A stretch of 34,879 nt of DNA. It comes from a virus. Its lineage: Duplodnaviria; Caudoviricetes. The translations under genes were made by a program, and so were the position numbers. The DNA lies in IMG/VR virus record IMGVR_UViG_3300008255_000286, positions 1-34,879 of that record, one strand, 5' to 3'. This document shows, piece by piece, positions 8,820 through 17,384 of this stretch (position 1 is its first letter; each line of letters begins with the position of its first letter). The notes beneath the pieces were generated by a model that ran no database searches, was not told the origin of the DNA, and was given only the letters and a program-made list of their open reading frames with translations.

Positions 8820-9718
8820 ATCTTTTGCAATTTTTTAATGACATTGTCTATATCTGTGTAGATTTCATGTTCAGTGAAACGTAGCACCGTCCATCCACGC
8901 TTCTTGAGCAATGCATTCTGTCTAGCGTCTACTTCTAAATTATGCAATTGCGTAGTATTCAGTTTTTTCATAGCTTTTCCTGCGACTGGATGCCAATACT
9001 CACCATCACAAAAGATAGCAATTTTTTTGTCTAGTATGATAAAGTCGGGTGTGCAATATCGCTCAATACTGTGTTGTCGCATATAATGTATTTTTGTTTT
9101 TTTCAGAGCTGCTTCGAAGTAACGCTCGAGTGCGGTTTCTTTTTTTCCGAATTTTTGTTTCAATCGGGTTACTCTAACTTTTTGACGTGACTCTTCTACA
9201 TTGTAGTACTCTCTCAATCCCACTGCAGCCATGTTAGCACGAGTCGCTACTCTAGCATCTGAATTTTTAGTTAATCCAGTACACCAGGGTTTACTATTTT
9301 TCTTAAATGCAGTAGATGGTGTTGTTTTCTTACGTTTTGTTTTACAATACAATAAATCAGTTTTCATATTTATCATTGCCGGCTGTACGACTATGTTCTT
9401 TCCGTTGCGATTCACGATCATTGAATGGTCTTTTGTGACTACTACTTTTTTGCCCGACTCAGTAGTAATCTCGTATAGCTCTTTTGTAGTCCAATGACGA
9501 ATCATTTTACTAACGTGCTGTTTCTTTTCTATATTTCTATCTGTGAGCACTGCTTTTTTAGATAGCATCGAATACGTTTGAGCATGCGGCATGTGTATAT
9601 CAAAATCAACAATATCTTTAGTGCCTCTTTTCACAGCTCTCACTTCAAATTTTTTCCAAAGTTCGTCGAATGTTAAAAGTCTATCGTTAAATCTAATTTT
9701 TGTAGAGCCCACTACGCT
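8697..9718 (-). mobile_element. Naturally split intein in PolB motif C (Int-N + Vsr-like nuclease 9718-8810; Int-C 8819-8697)
   Basis: YGD|SVVGST...VTKDHS (blocks A/B), then PDFII..CDGEYWH..GWTVLRF and a stop; the next ORF supplies blocks F/G ..VHN|TDS. Confidence 0.88.
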
Positions 9719-12700
9719 ATCGCCATAAATTACTTTTTGAGAACTCACTTTTTCAAAGATGCTCGACACCGCTTTGTTCAAAAATTGTCCAGTTATCGTG
9801 ATTGACTCTGCTACGTTTTTGTCGAAGTATCTAGATGTTCTGTCGCCCGTTATCCCGTACATGCTGTTGTGGCTGAGAGTGCATCCGATAAAAAAATTAT
9901 GATTTTTTTCAACTTCGATATCATACACATCTCCAGAATATTCGAAGTTGCCTATATTGCGAATAGAGTCTAGCGTGTATGCTTTGTCTGATGAGTACGT
10001 CATGATACTAGAAGCAACATTCAAATTCATCAACATTCGATATGACACGTTGCAATTGTCATTAGCCGGGGGTGCTGTTGTGATCTCGACGGGTCGTTCA
10101 TAAACGTATCTTAAAAGATCAGAGATCTGATACACTAACTGTTTTGATACAGTCGTGCATCTGATATAGTTATCTCTGTGTTTTGAGTTTCCGTCACCGT
10201 CTGCATAGCCCTTTATAAAGCTAGCAATTTCTTTTTTAGATTGAGAAAAAATCCAACGTGGGACACTCTTTGTCGTAGCATTGAATTCAGTTTGTGAAGT
10301 ATAGCACTCTTTTGAGAAAAACTCCCCAATCAATGCATTTAAGATAGCACACCCGACTGCATTATTTTTGATTCTCGTTTCATGTAAGCCTACTTCAACA
10401 AATGTTCTTTTAACTCTATCAGTATAGTGTGTGTTCGTGTTTGACACGACAATACCACCAGTTGTCTGTCCCTTCGAGTTCTTTTTTATTCCGCCGCTGC
10501 CCTCTGCTACATACATGCCAAACACCCATAATAGATTATCTGTTATTCGCCATGCTAGCGGAACTCTATGCCCGTTATCACTCAAACTAATGCGAAGTTC
10601 ATACTCGATGACTTCTTCAAGAGTCAATGCTTTTACCGCATCCCACAGTTTGTCATCCAGCTCAATCATGTGGTGATACCTGTTATTTGACTGTTTACTT
10701 TGTTTGTGTCTATTGACGTATCTTGACTGCACAAGTTCATTAAATGCAGCACTGGATGTTTGTACGAGATCTTGATTGCGATATTTTTTTTGTGCGCATG
10801 ACAGATGCAGCATAGGTGTCGATACAGATTTTAATACTGAATAGTCGTGCTTACGCAAATCTAAGTATTCTGCTTGTGCTTGAGTGTACGTAGTAGATGC
10901 AAGATTGACTAGCAGATCGAATTGTTGTAAGTCGCAAGCAGTCTTTTTTCGTAATTCAAGAATACTCAATTGTGTTAATTGCATATGAGAATTTGATAAG
11001 ATGCTCTTTTGATTTCGATTCTTTCTGTATGCGGGATTCACAAATGACGTAGCAAACAAACGATGTTCAGGTGTGCATAAAATCTGTAACGAATGCGCAG
11101 GCTTAATTGCTATTAAATGCTGAGACGATGTCTTCCAGATTTTGCTAATGCGCTGCCACTCGACAGCGTCGTTCTTAAAATTATACGACTGTATCTCGTA
11201 TTGTTTATTTGAATCGTGAATTTCTTTAACTGACATAGCACGGTAGATGTCTGCATCGACATCATGCACGTACAGTGTCGTGCTCGGATGTAAACAATTT
11301 GCTAACTCTTTCACGATTGCTTGAGAAGAACGAGTACTCCCGTACTCTGGAGACCCCGGCTTCAGACCCTCTAACTTCTTCTTCATCTCACCACGCAACT
11401 CAAGCAATTCTTCGACTAAGCTGGAGATGAATGAATCTACAGCTGTCCTGAAGAAGTTATTGTTAGCAGTCTGCCAACACTCATTCTTCGGGTCTATTCT
11501 TTTCTTTTGCTTCATAAGGAAATTGTACCACTCGTTGAAGTCGACGTCTTCTATCTTTCTGTCAGGGTCTGTAAGGAACTTTCTGAATTCAACATCTCCC
11601 AACTTTGATTTTTCACGGTCCATCGAGTCAGGACCGATATTCCAACTCACAATCATTGATGGATACAGCGACTTGAAGTCGAAGATTCGAACATCTGTGT
11701 AGAGTCCAGTTATCGGTGGCTTCACGTACCCGCCTATGATATGCACAACTTTGTTAGCTTCTGCTTCTTCGTACGTGGGTCGTGAATAGAGATATTGCTT
11801 GAGGTCTTTCGACTTTCTAAGCATGTAGTTGTCAAGAAGTTCTCCTACGTAGAATCTGTCGAGAGTTGTTCCAGTCCACTTGCATTCGTTTATCATCAGC
11901 TGGATGATGCCGAGCTTCGCATCTAGCTTCATGAGAAGTTCAGAGTCTTTGCGGTTGTATTTTTCCAACAACTCTCTGTTGTTATCATACATCTCTTTGA
12001 TTCCCTCTTCGTGCTTCACTTTCTCTTCACCCAAGAAGACTCTAGCGACCTCGTTGAGTGCGAAACCCGTCAATCCGATTTTGTCCATCTCGTATGTGTA
12101 GAGCTTGATACAGCGTTTCATCAAATCGAGATGAATTCGTCTTCTCCAGTCGTACTTCAATCCGTACTTCTCCATTCTGCTCTGGATATACGGGAGGTCG
12201 AATTTCTGTGAGTTCCAACCGACGAAAATGTCGTGTTTGTCTATCAATCGAATCAGCCGTTGAAGCAATGCTTTTTCATCTTCTACGTCGTAATACCAGC
12301 TCTTTCCGCGGTTGTTGTATGCTGCCCATGAGAGGATTCGGTCTCTCCCAATCTTTATTCCTGCTCCGCTGGAGTCGTCAGTTTCGATGTCGAAATAGAG
12401 AATGTTCAAATCTTCTGCTATGGGCACCTTGTTGTCAACAAGATAACGTTTCGTTCGTGAGAGGTCTGACTCGTACGTGACGACACCGAGTTTTTTCAGA
12501 CCACATACAATTTTAGACACTAACGGATTCTTCGACGTGTATTTACAATAGATGAGAGTGTAGTCGCCTTTCTCAACGAACTTTTCTATCGTGCCAGCAT
12601 TCACAGATTTTCCGAACCTCTTCTCTCCTCCCAACTTGTTGAAGTCCACCGTCTTGACTGTAAAATACCAGGGCTTGTCTTTCAGACGTCGTTCAAGAGT

Positions 12701-12790
12701 CTCATGTCCCTTCTTCAGGATTAGCACGATATCAGACCAGTCGTCCCAGCCAGTTAGCACTTTGTATTTTGTGTCAGTGTCTTTTGCCAT
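8810..12790 (-). CDS. polB: Family B DNA polymerase, N-terminal subunit (3'-5' exonuclease + palm) with a cis intein and a split-intein N fragment
   Basis: Motifs FDIET, GWNSQKFD, YNRKD, DFKSLYPS, KELAN|SMYG and YGD|. Confidence 0.93.
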   Translation of the reverse strand: MAKDTDTKYKVLTGWDDWSDIVLILKKGHETLERRLKDKPWYFTVKTVDFNKLGGEKRFGKSVNAGTIEKFVEKGDYTLIYCKYTSKNPLVSKIVCGLKKLGVVTYESDLSRTKRYLVDNKVPIAEDLNILYFDIETDDSSGAGIKIGRDRILSWAAYNNRGKSWYYDVEDEKALLQRLIRLIDKHDIFVGWNSQKFDLPYIQSRMEKYGLKYDWRRRIHLDLMKRCIKLYTYEMDKIGLTGFALNEVARVFLGEEKVKHEEGIKEMYDNNRELLEKYNRKDSELLMKLDAKLGIIQLMINECKWTGTTLDRFYVGELLDNYMLRKSKDLKQYLYSRPTYEEAEANKVVHIIGGYVKPPITGLYTDVRIFDFKSLYPSMIVSWNIGPDSMDREKSKLGDVEFRKFLTDPDRKIEDVDFNEWYNFLMKQKKRIDPKNECWQTANNNFFRTAVDSFISSLVEELLELRGEMKKKLEGLKPGSPEYGSTRSSQAIVKELANCLHPSTTLYVHDVDADIYRAMSVKEIHDSNKQYEIQSYNFKNDAVEWQRISKIWKTSSQHLIAIKPAHSLQILCTPEHRLFATSFVNPAYRKNRNQKSILSNSHMQLTQLSILELRKKTACDLQQFDLLVNLASTTYTQAQAEYLDLRKHDYSVLKSVSTPMLHLSCAQKKYRNQDLVQTSSAAFNELVQSRYVNRHKQSKQSNNRYHHMIELDDKLWDAVKALTLEEVIEYELRISLSDNGHRVPLAWRITDNLLWVFGMYVAEGSGGIKKNSKGQTTGGIVVSNTNTHYTDRVKRTFVEVGLHETRIKNNAVGCAILNALIGEFFSKECYTSQTEFNATTKSVPRWIFSQSKKEIASFIKGYADGDGNSKHRDNYIRCTTVSKQLVYQISDLLRYVYERPVEITTAPPANDNCNVSYRMLMNLNVASSIMTYSSDKAYTLDSIRNIGNFEYSGDVYDIEVEKNHNFFIGCTLSHNSMYGITGDRTSRYFDKNVAESITITGQFLNKAVSSIFEKVSSQKVIYGDSVVGSTKIRFNDRLLTFDELWKKFEVRAVKRGTKDIVDFDIHMPHAQTYSMLSKKAVLTDRNIEKKQHVSKMIRHWTTKELYEITTESGKKVVVTKDHSMIVNRNGKNIVVQPAMINMKTDLLYCKTKRKKTTPSTAFKKNSKPWCTGLTKNSDARVATRANMAAVGLREYYNVEESRQKVRVTRLKQKFGKKETALERYFEAALKKTKIHYMRQHSIERYCTPDFIILDKKIAIFCDGEYWHPVAGKAMKKLNTTQLHNLEVDARQNALLKKRGWTVLRFTEHEIYTDIDNVIKKLQKICH
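9866..11296 (-). mobile_element. Cis intein (477 aa) with LAGLIDADG endonuclease in PolB motif B
   Basis: Starts CLHPST after KELAN and ends HNFFIGCTLSHN before SMYG; internal GMYVAEGS and GYADGDG. Confidence 0.9.
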
Positions 12791-12791
12791 G

Positions 12792-13628
12792 TTATTCTGT
12801 TAGCAGCCACCGTGCGAAAGTGAAGTTCTCAGGCACTGCGTTCACATCTGTGTGCCCTAGGTCAGTCTTCCTTAGGTATTCTACCTCTTCAGGAGACGAC
12901 ATCCTCGGACACTCAACTGCTTTGAAGGTATCTGGTGTCGATTCAGCGTCAGTTAGCAGTCTATTGACCATCTCGAAGTGTCGTTCGTAGACGTGTAGAG
13001 AGTCTGCAAAATGGAAGTACTCTCCCATCTTCAACTCTGGATACGCTGATTTGAGAGCGACGAAGACCATCTCCTGGACGAAAGAGAATGCCGGAGCATC
13101 GTTTCCCATCCCGAAGACCGCATCTTGCGATCTCATATGAACTGTCATGTTCAATTTGTTGTTTCTGATTCTGAAGTTGAGAGCATACGTGCAAGGATAA
13201 TCCTTTGTCACTGAAAGCAGATGGTCTACTGACAGTATCATGATGCTTGCTCTTCTAGAATCTTTGTCATCTTGCAGAGTCTTGATGACATTGTCGAATT
13301 GCTTGTTGATGTACTGACCATAGTTCGAGTTGATTCCGCCATCTTCGTTGATGAGACCCTTCCACAAACTAGCATGCTCTGTAATGCTAGTGTCGTATCT
13401 GTCGCCTTTCAAGTACCAGAGAAACTCTCGTTTGATGTATTTCACACTGAGTTTTCTAGCATCGAAGTTGGCGAAGCGAACGTACGGCGGAAGGACATAC
13501 GTTGCGTTCTCGAGTTCTTTAATCAGGAGTCCTCGAGGAGAAACTTCTTTGCCATTCGTCATCAGAGAATCGTATATCTCCAAGAACGGACGTGCTTCGT
13601 TATGCGTGTTCTGGTGTAGATTCTTCAT
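12792..13628 (-). CDS. Thymidylate synthase homologue with dCMP-type specificity (dCMP hydroxymethylase/hydroxylase-like)
   Basis: DSRRA, catalytic PC, MRSQDAVFGMGND (Asp at the position of TS Asn177, as in T4 gp42) and SLHVYERHF. Confidence 0.82.
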   Translation of the reverse strand: MKNLHQNTHNEARPFLEIYDSLMTNGKEVSPRGLLIKELENATYVLPPYVRFANFDARKLSVKYIKREFLWYLKGDRYDTSITEHASLWKGLINEDGGINSNYGQYINKQFDNVIKTLQDDKDSRRASIMILSVDHLLSVTKDYPCTYALNFRIRNNKLNMTVHMRSQDAVFGMGNDAPAFSFVQEMVFVALKSAYPELKMGEYFHFADSLHVYERHFEMVNRLLTDAESTPDTFKAVECPRMSSPEEVEYLRKTDLGHTDVNAVPENFTFARWLLTE

Positions 13629-14004
13629 ACTCTTTGAATGGCTGCTTCAGTTGAGCTGGATTGTGTCCCATCTCATCTGAATATCGCTTCTCAACAATTG
13701 CTGATTTTTCGAAGAACAACTTCTCGAAGCTCTCAGGCGTCATTCCATGCAGAATGCAGACATTGAGCAGAAATTTGAAGCAATCGATAAGCTCCTCTTG
13801 AAGATGCTCTTTGTTGTAGTCCTTCTCATTTGCTCGATGCAATTTCCATGGCATGATGTTGAGAACTTCACCGAGTTCTCGATGCATGCTGAGGATGTAT
13901 TCCTTCGAGAGAGCGATCTTCTCTTCTTCTGTGATGTTGTCTGGATTGAAGAAATTCTTTTGGAAGTTTCTTTGTGTGTTCCAGATGTCTGTTAGATTAC
14001 TCAT
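13600..14004 (-). CDS. All-alpha (MazG/dimeric dUTPase-like) dNTP pyrophosphatase
   Basis: ELGEVLNIMPWK and EELIDCFKF motifs. Confidence 0.8.
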   Translation of the reverse strand: MSNLTDIWNTQRNFQKNFFNPDNITEEEKIALSKEYILSMHRELGEVLNIMPWKLHRANEKDYNKEHLQEELIDCFKFLLNVCILHGMTPESFEKLFFEKSAIVEKRYSDEMGHNPAQLKQPFKEYEESTPEHA

Positions 14005-14257
14005 TTTCTTTTTCCGCTAAATGCAATCGCAGTCTGATGAATGGCTTGCCCTGGGCGAAGCCTTCTCTAGAGTCTCTGTCGCCAGGATTGTTACTCAAGT
14101 GTTTGACAATTCGTTCATGCAGGAATGTATAGACTTTGTCAGTGTCCTCTTCTTGGATGATGTATTTGTCATATTTGCCAGAGTCGAAATCTTTAGCCAT
14201 GACCCAGAAGGCTCCCCACTTCGTATCCTGTGTTCTCGGATGTCTGTAAGTTGCCAT
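13997..14257 (-). CDS. Hypothetical protein
   Basis: 86-aa ORF tightly packed in the operon. Confidence 0.55.
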   Translation of the reverse strand: MATYRHPRTQDTKWGAFWVMAKDFDSGKYDKYIIQEEDTDKVYTFLHERIVKHLSNNPGDRDSREGFAQGKPFIRLRLHLAEKENE

Positions 14258-14272
14258 TGACTGTTGTTTGTG

Positions 14273-14485
14273 CTAATAAGATGCAACGAGCCGACTGAGG
14301 GTGCTAGCGGGTATGTAATACCGCTTCTGCTTCCCCACTCGTTGCACGATTGCTCCGAGCAACTTTTCATTCAGCAAGTCTTCATCGATGAGCTTTCTTA
14401 GAGTCGGCTCAGTTGCTACTTGCGGAAGAAATTGTAATGCTTCGCGAGCAGAATACACTTTCTTTTCGTATGTCGTACTTTTCAT
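14273..14485 (-). CDS. Small MerR/excisionase-like HTH DNA-binding protein
   Basis: YSAREA...TLRKLI...KRYYIP; resembles the protein at 20205..20432. Confidence 0.6.
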   Translation of the reverse strand: MKSTTYEKKVYSAREALQFLPQVATEPTLRKLIDEDLLNEKLLGAIVQRVGKQKRYYIPASTLSRLVASY

Positions 14486-14494
14486 AATTTGTGA

Positions 14495-14902
14495 TTAGAA
14501 TTCGTTTTGCAACAAGTATATTGCCGCAGCGAATCCCTTAACTCCCAGCTCACTTGTTGATTTTTCAAGGTGCCCTTTCTTTTTGAGCATCTCCTTGAGA
14601 GAAGTTTTGACTTCAGCTACTGTCAACCCCTTCTCTGTCGCTACTTCACGAAGTAGAGCATGCATTTGCTTTCGCAAACGATTTATTGTCATGTCTTTAG
14701 TTTCGTTGATTACTTCACCAAAGCTGGCGAAGTCTTCATCGACTGGCAACATCAAGACTAAGAATGTGTCTCCTTTCGAGTAATGTTGAGCTATCGGAAG
14801 AAAACCTGCTCGATGTGCTTCATCGATATCAAGAATCAGTTTATACTGATGAGCCCCGTTGGGACCGTCTTGTTTGCTGAATTGTGCTATGAATGACAAC
14901 AT
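14495..14902 (-). CDS. Hypothetical protein
   Basis: 135-aa ORF in the operon. Confidence 0.6.
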   Translation of the reverse strand: MLSFIAQFSKQDGPNGAHQYKLILDIDEAHRAGFLPIAQHYSKGDTFLVLMLPVDEDFASFGEVINETKDMTINRLRKQMHALLREVATEKGLTVAEVKTSLKEMLKKKGHLEKSTSELGVKGFAAAIYLLQNEF

Positions 14903-14935
14903 AGTCTGTTATTCCGTGAAGACTGCCTCTGAGGA

Positions 14936-15136
14936 CTACTCCTCAGAGGAGCCTTTGAACTCTTCAGATGTCATGACCCGGAGGTTCTGGGCTGCGACTT
15001 TGAGTTCCTGAGCAGTTTTGCGGATGTTCTTTGCTCGAGCATAGACGAAACCTTTCGTTTTCGCCGTCTCGATCTCAGACTTAATCTCAGCAAGCTGGCC
15101 TTCGATAGTCGCTACGATTTGTTCAATCTTGTCCAT
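14936..15136 (-). CDS. Small helical protein, histone H1-like Hc1-family-like
   Basis: 66 aa, two helices with KG..ARAKNIRK..QELK, recalled as similar to Hc1-type nucleoid proteins. Confidence 0.45.
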   Translation of the reverse strand: MDKIEQIVATIEGQLAEIKSEIETAKTKGFVYARAKNIRKTAQELKVAAQNLRVMTSEEFKGSSEE

Positions 15137-15179
15137 GACGGATTTGAGTTAACTAACCTAGTTGATAATTTATCGACCA

Positions 15180-15773
15180 TTAGAACGGATCGTCTTCGTC
15201 TTCATCCTCGTCTTCCGACTTGTTTGTCGACTTAGGCTCTTCCTCGACATCGAAGTCAGCATCTTTTTTAGTTGCTTTCTTCTTAGGAGTCTCCTCCTTG
15301 TCGAGATCGACATCCTTCCCCTCAGCTTTCTTTGTGTCAGCAGCGGGTGTAGCAGCGTTTAGTCTCTTCAAGACTTCTTCTGCCAACTTGGCGATGTCGT
15401 CAAGCTTGACTTTCTTGTCTTTGAAGATGATTGGCGCTAGTGTCGCCGCAACCATATACGCATCTATGATGTTTGGTTTGCGAGGACCCCAGTTGCCGCC
15501 ACCTCCACCCCTGAACTCTTTCTTGTTCGGGTTCTTGATATTCCAAGACTCTTGTTCGAAGCCGTCCTTGTCTTTCCAAGTACGCTTCTCCCAGATACCT
15601 TCAACAGTATCTCCAACTTTCCAACTATCTGCAAATGCACCCATGGCCGCACCTTTGCGTCCAGAGATTTCATCCAAGATGTTTGTGATGTTGTAGGTCT
15701 CTCCTTCCTTGAACTTTGAAGGCATCTCTTTGCGACCAACTTTCGCAATCTTAATTTTTACAGTGTCTGACAT
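15180..15773 (-). CDS. Putative single-stranded DNA-binding protein
   Basis: OB-fold-like N-terminus (WKVGDTVEG..WKDKDG), Gly-rich linker, acidic tail ending EDEDDPF. Confidence 0.7.
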   Translation of the reverse strand: MSDTVKIKIAKVGRKEMPSKFKEGETYNITNILDEISGRKGAAMGAFADSWKVGDTVEGIWEKRTWKDKDGFEQESWNIKNPNKKEFRGGGGGNWGPRKPNIIDAYMVAATLAPIIFKDKKVKLDDIAKLAEEVLKRLNAATPAADTKKAEGKDVDLDKEETPKKKATKKDADFDVEEEPKSTNKSEDEDEDEDDPF

Positions 15774-15785
15774 AATGATTATCTG

Positions 15786-16589
15786 TTATATTTCACCACC
15801 TTGTAATAACAATGCTTCCTCGTAACGAGCAAGCTCTTGCTTCGCGAAGAATCCAATTCCGCTTTTTGGAGCGTCATAGATTCCCTGCCGAATCTTTTCC
15901 ACAATCAGTTCGACCTCATCAAATGCTGCCGCCATGTCCTCTAACGAGACATGTGTCGACACCACTTGTATGACCTGGTCATGCTTGTGCTGTTTGTACT
16001 TCTTCAGCAGGACAAAGTACAAAGTCTCTTCCGCAACCTCATTGAACTCTGAATAGTACCAGAGGTTGTAGAGGAGAGTCTGGACTTTTGATGCTGCACT
16101 GTCTGGGTCCCAGAAGCTCGCCGCAGTTTTGTAGTCGATAATCCGGCCTTCGATCGTAAGATGGTCGAGCACCCCCGAGAATGGAAGAGTCGATTCTTGA
16201 CCAGTGATTGGATTGATAAGTTTTCTGCGGAAGTATTTTTCAGCCTGTCCGCCTTCTAGTCGATAGAGACCATTTAGCTTCGGATAGTAGTCTTTGTAGT
16301 TCTGAAGCATCTCGTAACCCAGTTTGACAAGCTCTGGATGAAGATGTTTTTCATCTTCACCCAGTTTGTTGATATCGAGAGTCTTATCAAACCATGACAC
16401 GGGATTCGGGTCTCCTTTCGTCATCATTTCCAGCGCTTTGTGAATAGCACTACCAAAGAGCAGATGCTGTTGCTTCTGAGGTAGTTGAATCTTAGCGATG
16501 TATTGGTAATAGAAAAGTTGAGGACACTCCAAATAGGAGTTAATCATTGACGCCGATATTCTGTCGATGGGGTATTCTTGTGTTTTCAT
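15786..16589 (-). CDS. PD-(D/E)xK RecB/Cas4-like exonuclease
   Basis: ISASMINSYLECP, FGSAIH, GVLD, IIDYKT, QTLLY; probable start MKTQEY at 16589. Confidence 0.82.
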   Translation of the reverse strand: MKTQEYPIDRISASMINSYLECPQLFYYQYIAKIQLPQKQQHLLFGSAIHKALEMMTKGDPNPVSWFDKTLDINKLGEDEKHLHPELVKLGYEMLQNYKDYYPKLNGLYRLEGGQAEKYFRRKLINPITGQESTLPFSGVLDHLTIEGRIIDYKTAASFWDPDSAASKVQTLLYNLWYYSEFNEVAEETLYFVLLKKYKQHKHDQVIQVVSTHVSLEDMAAAFDEVELIVEKIRQGIYDAPKSGIGFFAKQELARYEEALLLQGGEI

Positions 16590-16593
16590 ATTC

Positions 16594-17328
16594 TCAAAAT
16601 GATTCAACTTTCTCTGCGACTTCTTTCTTAAAGAGGTCTTTGAGATATTTATGTTGCTTTTCAGAGTATTTTCCTTCCGCAACTCGCTTTTTAATAAATG
16701 AGCCAGCTGCTTTCAGTTCTTGCTTCGTTGCTGCATTGAGAATGAGATTGATTTCTTCGACAATCGCTTCAAACTCTTTAGAACCTGGAAGAAGACCGAC
16801 GTCTTTTCTGTCGCTAGGATTCTTGAACTCGTCTACTTCGTCTTCTGAAAATACAGTCGTGTAGAGGCCGAGATGTTTCAATACTGCGATATCGAATCCT
16901 CGCTTTTCAGCCATCTTACGCAAATAACCACGCCCCCTATGGGGCGTATTTACACGATTCGATTCTCCTGTTACTGTAAACGTGTTCTCATCTTCGTTGT
17001 GAACACAGCCCGAGCCCTTCTTAGCATTGCATTTTATTGTCACGCGGACGATGTGCTCCAATTCATTTTGGTACGTGGGCTGAACGTTCGGAGATTCATC
17101 AACTAAATAATTGCTGCTGATGCCTGCTTTCAACGCAATCTTTTCTGTTGCAGCATGAGTCAATATCCAGAGTCCCTTGTTCTTTAGGAACCAGCAATCT
17201 ACTTCTTTATCAATGACATCGAAGAGCATCTTCTTCTTGCCACTTTTATCGATGAAGGAGGCGTCTTCTAGAGAGAGTCGCTTCCGTTCTTCTGTTTTGT
17301 CTAGTTGTGCCGCTTTTCTTTTAGCCAT
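16594..17328 (-). CDS. Putative ssDNA annealing protein (Rad52/Sak-like)
   Basis: TVTGES...YLRKMAEKRGFDIAV..FSEDE; adjacent to the exonuclease and SSB. Start reassigned to the ATG after the promoter. Confidence 0.55.
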   Translation of the reverse strand: MAKRKAAQLDKTEERKRLSLEDASFIDKSGKKKMLFDVIDKEVDCWFLKNKGLWILTHAATEKIALKAGISSNYLVDESPNVQPTYQNELEHIVRVTIKCNAKKGSGCVHNEDENTFTVTGESNRVNTPHRGRGYLRKMAEKRGFDIAVLKHLGLYTTVFSEDEVDEFKNPSDRKDVGLLPGSKEFEAIVEEINLILNAATKQELKAAGSFIKKRVAEGKYSEKQHKYLKDLFKKEVAEKVESF

Positions 17329-17337
17329 ATAATTTAT

Positions 17338-17366
17338 ATTATACCATATCACCCAGTAGATGTAAA
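17338..17366 (-). promoter_or_regulatory. Sigma70-type promoter
   Basis: TTTACA-N17-TATAAT (TGgTATAAT), 9 nt before the ATG at 17328. Confidence 0.75.
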
Positions 17367-17384
17367 ATCTGGGAGTGTTAATAA

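Noticed and set aside
15786-16589. Cas4 as part of the RNA-guided locus
   Set aside because: It lies 16 kb away in an SSB/annealing-protein operon and lacks the C-terminal Cys cluster; a typical phage recombination exonuclease.
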